Origin: an uncultured Acidimicrobiia bacterium
Lineage (GTDB): Bacteria > Actinomycetota > Acidimicrobiia > Acidimicrobiales > AC-14
Reading direction: 5' to 3'
DNA: 64,000 nt
NCBI GenBank assembly: GCA_963836205.1
Contig: CAWIIV010000007.1
Span: forward strand, 192,001-256,000
This document shows positions 31,510 through 41,409 of the stretch, in pieces. Both the position numbers and the translations under genes were made by a program. Within the stretch, counting starts at the first letter, position 1; the number at the start of each line of letters is the position of its first letter. The notes below the pieces were generated by a model, which was given only the letters and a program-made list of their open reading frames with translations, did no database searches and was not told the DNA's origin.

Positions 31510-32757
31510 TCAGCCGTGGTAGCGGCCGGTGGTGCTGTGCCACTCGCGGCTGCCACCGAGCCAGGCCCAGATGTCGGTCAGGAACCGGCGCAGCGCAAGG
31601 GAACCCAGCTGGCTGAGGATGGTGGCTTCCTCGACGAAGGCGTGCATCAGCTCGTTGTGGATCTCCACCGTGCGCTCGATCGCCTCCTCCCGAGAGCACT
31701 TCTCCTCGTTGGCGATCACTTTGGGTAGGTCGAAGTCGGTGTCGGATTCCGCGCCCATCGAGTACAGGTCGTTCAGGATCACGCTGGCGGTGCCAGCCAT
31801 GGCGAACACGCGCCGCACCCGCCGGTCGGCGAACTCGAAGGAAGGAACCTCGTAGCCGGCGACCGGATCGACCAGCACCATGGGCGGCAGGAAGCTGTTC
31901 TCGTTCCGGTGCAGCAGGTACTCCCACACGGGGGGGATCCGGCCTTCCCGACGCCACGTCGCCTCGTGGTTGTACGCCATGTACATCACCGCCAGCTCGT
32001 GGCGGAGCCGTGCCACCTGCGTCGCGCTCGCGTACCGGGCGAGGTGGGCGAATGCCGACTGGTAGGCAACCGCCACCGGTTCCTCCGACAGGACCTGGTC
32101 GAGTTGGAGCGCGTAGGTGATGGGGAGGTCGGCCGGGGCGATGGCGGCATAGCTCACCCCCAGGCGCCAGCCGATCGTGGCCGCGTCGGCTCCCAGGGAC
32201 TCGTCGTCGAGGAAGTGGTCGTCGGTGGCCCACTCGGCCAGGACGCACTTCGCCGCCGCCAGCAGCCGATCGGGGTCGTCGGTGCCCGGGTGGGTGAGCA
32301 TCATCAGGCGGCCGAAGTTGGCGGTGCGGACCTTCTCGAGCTGGCCGGGGTAGATCCCGACCTGCTCGGCCCAGTCCACCAGCTGGTCGTTGACCTCCTC
32401 GCCCAACGCCACGTCGTCGCGGACGGCCCCGGGGCAGAAGACCGCGGGAAAGGAACCATCGCGCGCCGGTGCGCCGGCGGCGTCCGGAACGCGGCGGACG
32501 GGTGCGGGCTCCACCGCGGGCGCGCCGTCACCCGGCAACAGGATGCGGGCGGCGGCCGTCCCCATCCCGGCCGGCCCCAGCGCCAGGTGGCGGGCGGTCG
32601 ACCCGAGCGGCTCGGGCAACGACACCGGCCGGCGCTCGGCGAGGGGACCGAGAAGATCCTGGGGGGCGGCCGGGTCGAGATTCGACAGGATGGCGGTCAC
32701 CAGGACCGCCACTTCGTCGGTGCCGACGGGTGCCGACAGACGCGACAGCAGCGACAT
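31510..32757 (-). CDS. 2-methylisoborneol / 2-methylenebornane-type monoterpene cyclase
   Basis: Pro/Ala-rich N-terminus with GPAGMGTAAARI; FCPGAVRDD, FGRLMMLTHP, DDHFLDD, NSFLP, NDLYS, WH..RY. GPP methyltransferase lies in the same cluster. Confidence 0.87.
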   Translation of the reverse strand: MSLLSRLSAPVGTDEVAVLVTAILSNLDPAAPQDLLGPLAERRPVSLPEPLGSTARHLALGPAGMGTAAARILLPGDGAPAVEPAPVRRVPDAAGAPARDGSFPAVFCPGAVRDDVALGEEVNDQLVDWAEQVGIYPGQLEKVRTANFGRLMMLTHPGTDDPDRLLAAAKCVLAEWATDDHFLDDESLGADAATIGWRLGVSYAAIAPADLPITYALQLDQVLSEEPVAVAYQSAFAHLARYASATQVARLRHELAVMYMAYNHEATWRREGRIPPVWEYLLHRNENSFLPPMVLVDPVAGYEVPSFEFADRRVRRVFAMAGTASVILNDLYSMGAESDTDFDLPKVIANEEKCSREEAIERTVEIHNELMHAFVEEATILSQLGSLALRRFLTDIWAWLGGSREWHSTTGRYHG

Positions 32758-33160
32758 GCTCAGCTCTCTCCTTCGGTAGGAACTCGGAGTGTGAACCTGG
32801 TCGTCATGGCCGAGCCCGGGCGCTCGGCCGGCGCCGCCGGTACCCGCCGCAACTCGGCGACGACGGCGACAGGTAGCGATGCCGGACCCCGCGGAGCTGG
32901 CGCTCGACCGGGTCTCGGGGTGCGGCTGTGGGCCCGATCGTGCCGCGAGATGCCCAGTCGACCCACCTCCCCTCGAGGATTGACCCCGTCGCCGACAACG
33001 TGCGACCGCCGCCGGCTGAGATTTCGCAGGAGCCCGTTGCCCACCTGTGCCCGGATGTCGCCGGCTCCCCGCCCGCGTCCCCTCACGAAAGGAGAGCACC
33101 GACCGACCGAGCACGAACCAGGGGGACGCTACCGAGCGGCGTCGCCACTCGTGACCCGAA

Positions 33161-33200
33161 TTCCCGTAGTCCTGGCGACGGTCAAAGAAGACTACGGAAA
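33161..33200. promoter_or_regulatory. Inverted repeat TTCCCGTAGTC-N18-GACTACGGAAA in the divergent promoter
   Basis: 10/11 dyad between the cyclase and the AAA-LuxR gene; same core as at 31284. Confidence 0.5.
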
Positions 33201-33266
33201 ACCGTCGCGTTCGCAGCCCCGAAGACCGGTCCATTGGTGAAACGACGGCACTACTCTGCGGCCGGG

Positions 33267-36038
33267 ATGGGCACGGTCGTGGGAGCTTCCGAGCCTGGAT
33301 TTGGCTATGTCGGTCCGCCGGAGCTGGAGATTCTGCGCGCCATGCTCGCCGATGCCCGCTCGGGACGACCCCAGTTCGTTCTCGTCCAGGGTGAGCGCGG
33401 CAGCGGCAAGAGCGCGTACCTCCGGCAGCTGTCGGTCGACCAGAGCGACCTCCGCGTCCTGTCGGCGACCGGCGACGAGGCGGAGGCGGAGCTGCGCTAC
33501 GGGCTGGTGGAGCACCTGACCCGCGCCGCCGGCAAAGGTGTCCCCGAGGAGTTGGCCGGGCTGTGCACCCGGACGACGGCGGCGCCCGATGCCTTCGTCG
33601 TCGGCCACGCGCTGCTGCGACTGCTGGTGACGATGCAAGAGGATGCTCCCGTCCTGGTCGTTGTCGACGACGCCGACCTCACCGATATCGACTCTCAGGT
33701 CGCCCTCCTCTTCGCGTTGCGGCGACTACACGACAGTCGGATCCTGACCGTCCTCGCCGCCCGCGAACCGGAACGGCTGCTCGATGGGATACACAAGCTC
33801 GCCGCCGCCGATCACGGCACGACGATCACCCTCCGGCGCCTCGACGACGGCGCGGTCATGGGCCTCACCACCTCGCTCATCGGCCGGCGGCCGCCGCGCC
33901 ACTTCGTGGAGCGGCTCCGCGAGCACACGGGCGGCAACCCGTCGCACGTCAGGGCGGTGCTGGGAGAACTCGAGCGGTCAGGGGCAGGCATGGTCGTCGA
34001 CGACCCGCTCCCGGCTCCCCGGGCGGTCGCGTCGCTGGTCTCCGAGCGGCTCTCAGAGTGCGTTCCCGGCGTCCGCCGGCTGGTGGCGGCCGCTGCCGTC
34101 CTCGGTCAGCGCAGCTCGGTCGAGTTGGTACGCAAGCTGGCCGAGATCGATGACCCCCTGCCGTCGCTCGAGGGTGCGGTCGGTGCCGGCTTGGTCGAGT
34201 ACCGGCGCCGTGAGGTCGTCTTCGCCGATCCGCTCGTCCGGGCCGCGGTGTACCACGATCTCGGCGTGGCCGAGCGGGCCGAGCTTCACGCTCAGGCCGC
34301 CCGCTTGGTCACTGAGGAGGGCGCCCGGCTCCGCCACCTGACGGCAGCCGCGTTCGACCACGACGGCGGGCTGGCGGCGGCTCTCGCCGACTTTGCGGCC
34401 CGGTCCGCGGCCGCCGGGTCCCCGCTGGGCGCGTCGGCATCGTTCGTCGACGCGGCCGACTTGGTCCCGCCCGGACCGGTGCGAGATGCCTACGCCTTCG
34501 ACGCGGTGGACTGCCTGCTGGCGGCGGGCGATGCGGCCGGGGCGGACCTGGTCGGATCGAGGTTGGTCGGCACCCGGTCCGACCCGACGGCGCTTGTCGT
34601 CCGGGGCCGAATCGCCCGGGTCGGCGGACAGTGGGAGGAGGCCGAGCGACTACTGACCGGTGCTCGGGACGCCCGTCCACCAGACGACGCCCGTCACCAG
34701 GCGCGGGTTGCCGACGAGCTCGCCGGGCTGTCCGTCGACCTCCTCCGGCCGGGTGAGGGAGAGCGATGGGCGGACGCCGCAATCGGAATCTCCGCCGGCT
34801 CCCCCTCCGGTTCCCTCTCACCGGCGGTGGCGTGGGGCCTGGTGCTGGCCGGCCGGTCGGTCGACGCGCTGGCGGCCTTCGAAGTGCACGAGCCCACGCT
34901 CGACGAGTCCCAACCTGAGCACGCGGGCCTGCTCCTCGGCCGGGTCCTCGCCGACCTCCACCGCGGGGCCGCCCGCGAGGCCCGCGAATGCGCCGTCCAG
35001 CAGGTGAGGATTGCAGCACGGTTCGGGCTGCTGCCTCTTCGACTGTGCGGGCTGGCGATGCTCTCCTTCGCCGAGTACCGCCTCGGGTGGTGGACCGAGG
35101 CCACCACCCACGCCGATCACGGATCGGAGCTGGCAGAGGCGGGCGGGCCTGGACTTCCTCGGACGATGCTGCATCTGGCGGCAATTCTTCCCCTCGCCGG
35201 CCGCGGGCAGTGGGAAGCGGCCGAGGCCCACGCCGCGAAGGGGGCAGAGGCCGCCGCGACACCGTTCGATCAGGCCCTGGCCTGGATGGGCCGAGCCACC
35301 CTGGCCCACGCCCGCGGCCAGCACGGAAAGGCGACCACCGCGGTCGCGTCCTTGCGAGCGGTGTGCGACGAGGGCGCGGTCGACGAGCCGGGCGGACTGT
35401 GGCCGTGGCAGGAACTGCAGGTCGACGCCCTGATCGGGCTGAGCCGATTCGACGACGCGGACGAGGTGCTCGGCCAGTTCGAGAGCCTGGCCGAGGCTCG
35501 CGGCAGCGTGGCCGCCATCGCCGTCGCGGCCAGGCTTCGCGGCTGCCTGGAGGCAGCCAAGGGGAGTGACCGGCAGGCGCATCTCGCCTTCACCCGGGCC
35601 CAAGAGGTCGGCGCCAAGGTGCCGGTGCCGTTCGAGAGGGCCCGGACGAACCTGGAAGTCGGTGCCTTCCTTCGTCGGGCCGGAAAGCGCACGGCGGCGG
35701 CGGCCGAGCTGAGGTCGGCTCGCGAGTGCTTCGATCGGCTGGGCGCCCGGCCCTACCTCGCCCGGTGCGACCGGGAGCTGGCCGCAGCCGGCCTCACCCC
35801 CCAGCGGCGGCGGGCCGCCAACGCGGAGGTGCTCACCCCCCAGGAGACGTCGGTCGCCGAGCTCGTCGCCCAGGGCAAGACCAACCGGGGCGTGGCCAGC
35901 GAGCTGGTCGTGAGCGTCAACACCATCGAGTACCACCTCAAGAACATCTACGCCAAGCTCGGAATCTCCTCCCGCAGCCAGCTCACCCTGCGCTTCGGGG
36001 TGCGTACCGCCACGGCCAGCGGGCCCGGCCCCGGCTGA
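33267..36038 (+). CDS. Large AAA-ATPase / LuxR (LAL-type) transcriptional regulator; start approximate
   Basis: Walker A GERGSGKS, VVDDAD, TGGNP; C-terminal LTPQE..GKTNRGVASELVVSVNTIEYHLKNIYAKLGISSR. Confidence 0.9.
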   Translation: MGTVVGASEPGFGYVGPPELEILRAMLADARSGRPQFVLVQGERGSGKSAYLRQLSVDQSDLRVLSATGDEAEAELRYGLVEHLTRAAGKGVPEELAGLCTRTTAAPDAFVVGHALLRLLVTMQEDAPVLVVVDDADLTDIDSQVALLFALRRLHDSRILTVLAAREPERLLDGIHKLAAADHGTTITLRRLDDGAVMGLTTSLIGRRPPRHFVERLREHTGGNPSHVRAVLGELERSGAGMVVDDPLPAPRAVASLVSERLSECVPGVRRLVAAAAVLGQRSSVELVRKLAEIDDPLPSLEGAVGAGLVEYRRREVVFADPLVRAAVYHDLGVAERAELHAQAARLVTEEGARLRHLTAAAFDHDGGLAAALADFAARSAAAGSPLGASASFVDAADLVPPGPVRDAYAFDAVDCLLAAGDAAGADLVGSRLVGTRSDPTALVVRGRIARVGGQWEEAERLLTGARDARPPDDARHQARVADELAGLSVDLLRPGEGERWADAAIGISAGSPSGSLSPAVAWGLVLAGRSVDALAAFEVHEPTLDESQPEHAGLLLGRVLADLHRGAAREARECAVQQVRIAARFGLLPLRLCGLAMLSFAEYRLGWWTEATTHADHGSELAEAGGPGLPRTMLHLAAILPLAGRGQWEAAEAHAAKGAEAAATPFDQALAWMGRATLAHARGQHGKATTAVASLRAVCDEGAVDEPGGLWPWQELQVDALIGLSRFDDADEVLGQFESLAEARGSVAAIAVAARLRGCLEAAKGSDRQAHLAFTRAQEVGAKVPVPFERARTNLEVGAFLRRAGKRTAAAAELRSARECFDRLGARPYLARCDRELAAAGLTPQRRRAANAEVLTPQETSVAELVAQGKTNRGVASELVVSVNTIEYHLKNIYAKLGISSRSQLTLRFGVRTATASGPGPG

Positions 36039-36277
36039 CCGCGGGCTGCCTACTACGGAATCCGAGTTGCCCAAGAGCTTCGTCGCTCGATGCAGCAGAT
36101 GAGCGATCCGCAGTAACCGTCCTGACGAAGTCACGGCCGAGCGGCTGTGCGGCGTGTCCGACCGACGTTGGGATTCTGCTTCGGGTTGAGACCGTTCTTG
36201 CCGATGACATCGGAAACAGGTTCAAGTCCCGTGGGACGCGCCGGTCGATCGGACGCCCCTTGAAGGAGACCGGTCCC

Positions 36278-37440
36278 ATGTCCCAGCCCCGCCCGACGCG
36301 CCGAACGATCCGAGCGGTCCTCGCCCTGCTGGTGGTCGCTGCTCCACTGCAGCTGGCCGCGGCCGCAACGGCTCGGTCCGCACCCACGACGGCCGCGGCG
36401 AAATGCAACCTCCTCCAGAAGCTTCTGGGCCAGTGCCCGAAGCCGACGACCACGACGACGCCCGTTTCAACGTCTACGGCCGTCCCGACGACGACGGCCC
36501 TTCCGACGAGCACGGCCGTCGGCCGACGACGTGGAGCGGTCCGACGACGTGGAGCGGTCCGACGACGTGGAGCGGTCCGACGACGTCGGGCGCCCCGACG
36601 ACCACTGGCGTTCCGACGACGTCGACCGGTCCGACGACATCGATCGGTCCGACCACGACCACGACCTCGACTGCGGGCATCGCGTGCGGTGGCTACCCGA
36701 CGCTCCCGAAGACCGGCGGCGCCGCGTGGACCTGCGACTTCAATGACGAGTTCAACGGCACCGCCCTCGACCGGACCACGTGGTTTCCGCAGCCGACCAA
36801 AGGCAGCGGGTTCGACTCGAACGACCATGACTGCTTCATGGACTCCCCGAACAACGTGTCCGTGAACGGCGGGAACCTTGTTCTCACCAGCCGGCAGGAG
36901 CCGGCTCCGTTCGTCTGCGAGGACACGGTTCCCCGCACCACGCAGTTCACGTCCGGATCAGTCTCGACCTATCAGCGGAGGAGCGTGAACCGCGGCCGGG
37001 TCGAGGTCCGAGCGAAGGTCATCTCGGCCAAGGTCCAGGGCACACACACCGCGTTCTGGCTGTTTCCGCAGGATCTGAACGGTGGCCCGGGCAGGGCCGA
37101 GATCGACATCGCCGAGATCTATGGCACCTACAGCGATCGTGCGATCCCCTACATCCACCACCCACTGTCGGCCCTGGACAGCAGCGACACGAACAACTAC
37201 TGCATGATCGCGAACATCGCCGACTGGAACACCTATGTCGTCGAGTGGACCGCTCAATCGATCACGATCATCTACAACGGTCAGGTCTGCCTGACCAACA
37301 CGATGGGCGCGTCCACCTTCAACAGGGACTTCATGGTGGCGCTCACGCAGGGCCTCGGCTGGCCGGGGAACGATTTTCAACCCGGGGTTACACCGCTGCC
37401 AGCGCAAACCGTCGTGGACTACGTCCGCGTCTACAAATAG
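36278..37440 (+). CDS. Secreted GH16 glycoside hydrolase with Thr/Pro linker (frameshift near 36520)
   Basis: AAGGAG RBS and signal peptide in one frame; DEFNGTALD, AFWL, EIDIAE and VDYVRVY in the next. Confidence 0.85.
36523..36585 (+). repeat. 18-bp tandem repeat CCGACGACGTGGAGCGGT x3 (encodes PTTWSG)
   Basis: Seen directly in the GH16 linker. Confidence 0.85.
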
Positions 37441-37641
37441 GCTTGTGTCCGTGGGTCCGCCGAGTGCGTGACCGCGATCCTTGGAGAACGCGGCAACCGC
37501 CGCTGCCGAATCTGGACCGCCACGCCGCCGAGCTGCTGACCACAGATGTGTGTCAACGCCGGCCGACCACCCGAAACGCCGCAGGTGGGGCGACGTATCG
37601 AGCGGGATCCGCGCAGAAACGCCCAGTTCAGACGCACGTAG

Positions 37642-37714
37642 AGCCCGAGAGGAGATTCGAACTCCTGACCTGCTCATTACGAGTGAGCTGCTCTACCGAC
37701 TGAGCTACCCGGGC
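37642..37714 (-). tRNA. tRNA-Thr(CGT)
   Basis: GCCCGGGTAGCTCAGTCGGTAGAGCA, anticodon arm GCTCA-CTCGTAA-TGAGC, T-loop GTTCGAATC; CCA not encoded. Confidence 0.95.
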
Positions 37715-37926
37715 GGGTTTTCACTTAGGACCTGCTCGTTCGTGCTTCGGGGCTCCCGAGGGCCGTCGCCCAGCCCCATCAGGTCACGCGTAAGCCTACC
37801 CAGGCGGTGAACGGGTCGGTGTGTGAAGGGTACCGAGAACAGAATTGGCGGGGGACGGGGTTCTGAGGATGCACCGGGCCTTTCCCGAGGGTCACCGGGC
37901 CTTCTCCGGCGGTACCGTCGGGGACG

Positions 37927-39747
37927 ATGACGGACGACGTCCCAGTGGAGCGGTCGGGCGCGACGACCGCCGACGCCGAGCCGCGGCTGGCTGACGGGGA
38001 GGCGACGGCGGCAGCCGTGGTCGCGGGCGAGGGGGCGGCCCCAACTCCCAAGCCCGGGCCGGCCTTTCGGCCACCGTGGGCGGGCCGGGAAAAACCGCGG
38101 CCCACGCACACGCCCGACGAGCCTGCGGCGCCTACTTCCGCCGAGCCGATCGTTGCGGTCGTCACCGTCGGGTTCGCAGAGCCCGTCGACCCGAGCGCAG
38201 GTCGGTTTGCTCCAGCCGTCGAGCTTCCGGGCACGGCGGATCCAGTCTCATCGCCCTCGGTCGCGCCGGCGCCCTACGCCGTCGTCCCGGGCACTCCAAA
38301 CCAGGCCGGGCCCGTCGGGGCGCCGGTTGGACGACCAGAGAGCGCCACGGGGCCCGGACCGTTCGATCCAGGCCCAGTCGCGGGGAGCGGAGCACGAGGG
38401 GCCTCGGTCGAGGTGCGTGGGGTCGCCGAGGGCGGTCCGGCCGCCCAGGTGGAACCGCCGGTGTCGAACGAACCGGACCTGACGCCCTCCGTCGCCTCCG
38501 CCGTCCTCCCCGAACCGCCGCCCGTGGTCGACGCCGCCGCCGCTGACGCCGACGTGGCGGGGTTCGCCGAGCCCGTTCCTGAGCCCGACGGCAGCCAGGG
38601 CGATTTTGTCAGCGAGGTTCCGCCCGGCGACGACGCCCCCGCCGACACCGCCGCCACCGCCGCCATTGTGCCCGCGCCGCCCGCCTCCGCCGAGCCGCCG
38701 CCGGTCGCCGACCTGGACACCGGTCCCCGTGCCGACGCCGACGGCTTTGGCGAGGCAGCGCCCCGAGACGACATCGACGTCGACGCCGACGACGAGGCGG
38801 CCGTTGGCGTCGTGGCGTTGGCGCTCGGCGGGGCGCCACCGGCCCCCCCTGGCGAGAAGCCGCCGCCGATTGAAGCCGAACCGACGGACATCGTCGGCCG
38901 AGACGCCCCCGATGTCGACGACGAGTCGGCCTTGGGCGTGGTGGCGTTGGCGCTGGGCGGGGCGCCGCCGGCGGTTGAGGCCGACTCCAGGGGCGACGAC
39001 GGGGGACTGGCCGCGATTGGCCTGGCGCTCGAGGCGGAGCCGCCGATCCCGTCCGACCTGCGGCCGGAGATCCCCGTGGAGACGCCCATCCCGGAGGAGA
39101 TGGTGGACGACGAGGGCGAATCGACTGTGGCCGTCCCCGTGGCGGCCATGGCGGCGGCGGCCGCGGCCGAGGACCCCGTCCTCGACGACGAGCTTCTCGG
39201 GATGTGGGCGTTGGCCGGCGAGGACCAGGGGAGAGACCGCCACCAACGGTGGCCGCGGCGGGTGGTCGGCTCGCTCGCCGGCCGGTGGTCCACGATGCGG
39301 CGGGGCGAGCGGGTGAACGCGGTCCTCTACGCCCTCACCGGCGTGTCGATCCTGGCCATGACCCTCGAGCTCCTCGCCGGCCCCGACTCCCTGCCCACCG
39401 AGGTGAGGACCACACCGTCGGAGTCGGCGTCGCAGACCGTCACGACGGTCAGGTCCACTACCACGGTCACCTTCACCCTCCCCGAGGAGACCGAGCCGGC
39501 CCCGCCGGTGGTCACCGCCGGAATCCCCTCCCGGGCGACAACGCCACCCGCCCCGCCGGTGGACGAGGAGGAGCCTCCCCCCGACACCACCGAGCCGCCG
39601 CCGCCGACAACCCGTCCGCCGGCCACCATCCCGCCCACGACCCGCCCGCAAACGACCGTCACCCTCCCCAATACCTTCCCGACGCCGGTACCCCCGGTGC
39701 CGCCGACGTTCTTCGGCCCCACCGTCCCCACCGTCACGGTGCCGTAG
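37927..39747 (+). CDS. Hypothetical acidic Pro/Ala-rich single-pass membrane protein with Thr/Pro tail
   Basis: 606-aa ORF; putative TM segment AVLYALTGVSILAMTLELL; low-complexity flanks. Confidence 0.65.
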   Translation: MTDDVPVERSGATTADAEPRLADGEATAAAVVAGEGAAPTPKPGPAFRPPWAGREKPRPTHTPDEPAAPTSAEPIVAVVTVGFAEPVDPSAGRFAPAVELPGTADPVSSPSVAPAPYAVVPGTPNQAGPVGAPVGRPESATGPGPFDPGPVAGSGARGASVEVRGVAEGGPAAQVEPPVSNEPDLTPSVASAVLPEPPPVVDAAAADADVAGFAEPVPEPDGSQGDFVSEVPPGDDAPADTAATAAIVPAPPASAEPPPVADLDTGPRADADGFGEAAPRDDIDVDADDEAAVGVVALALGGAPPAPPGEKPPPIEAEPTDIVGRDAPDVDDESALGVVALALGGAPPAVEADSRGDDGGLAAIGLALEAEPPIPSDLRPEIPVETPIPEEMVDDEGESTVAVPVAAMAAAAAAEDPVLDDELLGMWALAGEDQGRDRHQRWPRRVVGSLAGRWSTMRRGERVNAVLYALTGVSILAMTLELLAGPDSLPTEVRTTPSESASQTVTTVRSTTTVTFTLPEETEPAPPVVTAGIPSRATTPPAPPVDEEEPPPDTTEPPPPTTRPPATIPPTTRPQTTVTLPNTFPTPVPPVPPTFFGPTVPTVTVP

Positions 39748-40807
39748 TCGCCCTCGCCGTCGCCCGCACCGGTGGTAGTCGCAGGAGCAGCGCCTGGAGC
39801 AGGAGGGTCTCGCCCGGGTTGTGGATCAGGTTCTCCGCCACCTGCTGGAGGGCGTCGAGGGCGGCCAGGCCGGCGGCGCCGTCGACCCGCCGCTGCACCA
39901 GGGCGTCGCGGTAGAGGGCGGCCAGGGCGGCCAACCCGTAGCGCAGCTCGTCGGTGCGCAGCCGGCGCAGCTCCCGCTTGTGGCGGTCGGCGAGCGCCTT
40001 GCGTCCCGCCCCCCGCTCGCCCGAGCGCTTCACCCGCTCCTCGAGGTCGGCCGCCTCGGCCGCGTGGCGGGCGGTGAGGGGCGCCACCGCCGCCGAACCC
40101 AGCAGCTCGACCAGCTCGGCGGCCACCACGAACACGGTGGCCCCGGTGCCGTCGAGGCGGGACGGCACCGACTGCCACGTCGCCCGGCGGGCGGCGAACC
40201 CGGCGTCGGACGCCAGCAGCCGGGCTCGGTCGAGCCGCCCCCCGGACGCCTCGGCGACGTCGGCCGCCACCGCCGGGTCGACACCGGCGGCGACCAGGGT
40301 CTCCACCACCAGGGCCACCGGCAGCGGCCCGAAGTCGATGCGGACGCACCGGGAGGCGATGGTGACCAGCTCGGGCGACACGTGGTCGGCGAGGATCACG
40401 AACACCGTGCTCGGGGGAGGTTCCTCCACCACCTTGAGCAGTGCCGGCACCGCGTCCTGGGCCAGGTGGAACTCGGGGATGATCAGCACCTTGCGGTGCG
40501 CCTCGTTGGGCGTGCGCATCGCCAGCCGGCGGATCTCCCGGGCCCGGTCGATACCCAGGAAGGCGCCCTCCCGCTCGATGACGGCGACGTCGGGATGGAC
40601 TCCGGCCAGCACCCGCGTGCACACCTCGCACACGCCACAGCCGCCCCGGGGGCATAACAGGGCCGCCGCCAAGGCCACGGCGGCCGTACGCCGGCCCGTC
40701 CCCGGCGGGCCCACGAGCAGGTAGGCGTGTACCGGAGCCCGGGCCGCGGCCCGCAGGTGGACCACCGCCCGCTCCTGTCCCACGACCCGGTCGAAGACGT
40801 CGCTCAT
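39734..40807 (-). CDS. holB: DNA polymerase III subunit delta'
   Basis: VVGQ, HAYLLVGPPGTG, CPRGGCGVCEVC, HPDV, LLKVVEEPP, TIASRC. Confidence 0.92.
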   Translation of the reverse strand: MSDVFDRVVGQERAVVHLRAAARAPVHAYLLVGPPGTGRRTAAVALAAALLCPRGGCGVCEVCTRVLAGVHPDVAVIEREGAFLGIDRAREIRRLAMRTPNEAHRKVLIIPEFHLAQDAVPALLKVVEEPPPSTVFVILADHVSPELVTIASRCVRIDFGPLPVALVVETLVAAGVDPAVAADVAEASGGRLDRARLLASDAGFAARRATWQSVPSRLDGTGATVFVVAAELVELLGSAAVAPLTARHAAEAADLEERVKRSGERGAGRKALADRHKRELRRLRTDELRYGLAALAALYRDALVQRRVDGAAGLAALDALQQVAENLIHNPGETLLLQALLLRLPPVRATARATTAP

Positions 40808-41409
40808 GCGGACGACACCCACGCCTGGTATGCCGCCCACACCCGGGCCGCCACCTCGTCGACCGTGCCCGAGCCGTCGACCACCACCCACCGCCCGGGT
40901 TCGGCCTCGGCGAGGGCCCGGTAGCCGCCCACCACCCGCTGGTGGAAGAAGTCGCCGGCGGCCTCCATCCGGTCGCGGGGACGGCAGCGGCGGGCGGCGG
41001 CCACCTCCTGGTCGACGTCGAGCAACACGACCAGGTCGGGATCGAGGCCCTCCGCCGCCCACCGCGACAGCCACGTCAGCTCGTCGAGGTCGAGGCCCCG
41101 GCCGTAGCCCTGGTAGGCGAGGGTGGAGCCGGAGAAGCGGTCGCTGACCACGTCGCGCCCCGCCTCCAACGCCGGCTGGACGACCTCGACCACGTGCTGG
41201 GCCCGGTCGGCGGCCATCAGCAGCGCTTCCGTCCGCGGTCCGAGCCCGGCCACGCCGTCGCCCAGCACCACCTCCCGCAGGCGCACGCCGACCTCCGTCC
41301 CCCCTGGCTCCCGGGTGAGCACCGCCCCCAGCCGCTCGGCCAGCAGCGCCGCCTGGGTCGACTTCCCGCTCCCCTCGCCCCCCTCGAACACCACGAACCG
41401 CCCGGTCAT
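40804..41409 (-). CDS. tmk: Thymidylate kinase
   Basis: FEGGEGSGKSTQ, TREPGG, ADRAQH, DRFSGSTLAYQG. Confidence 0.96.
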   Translation of the reverse strand: MTGRFVVFEGGEGSGKSTQAALLAERLGAVLTREPGGTEVGVRLREVVLGDGVAGLGPRTEALLMAADRAQHVVEVVQPALEAGRDVVSDRFSGSTLAYQGYGRGLDLDELTWLSRWAAEGLDPDLVVLLDVDQEVAAARRCRPRDRMEAAGDFFHQRVVGGYRALAEAEPGRWVVVDGSGTVDEVAARVWAAYQAWVSSA

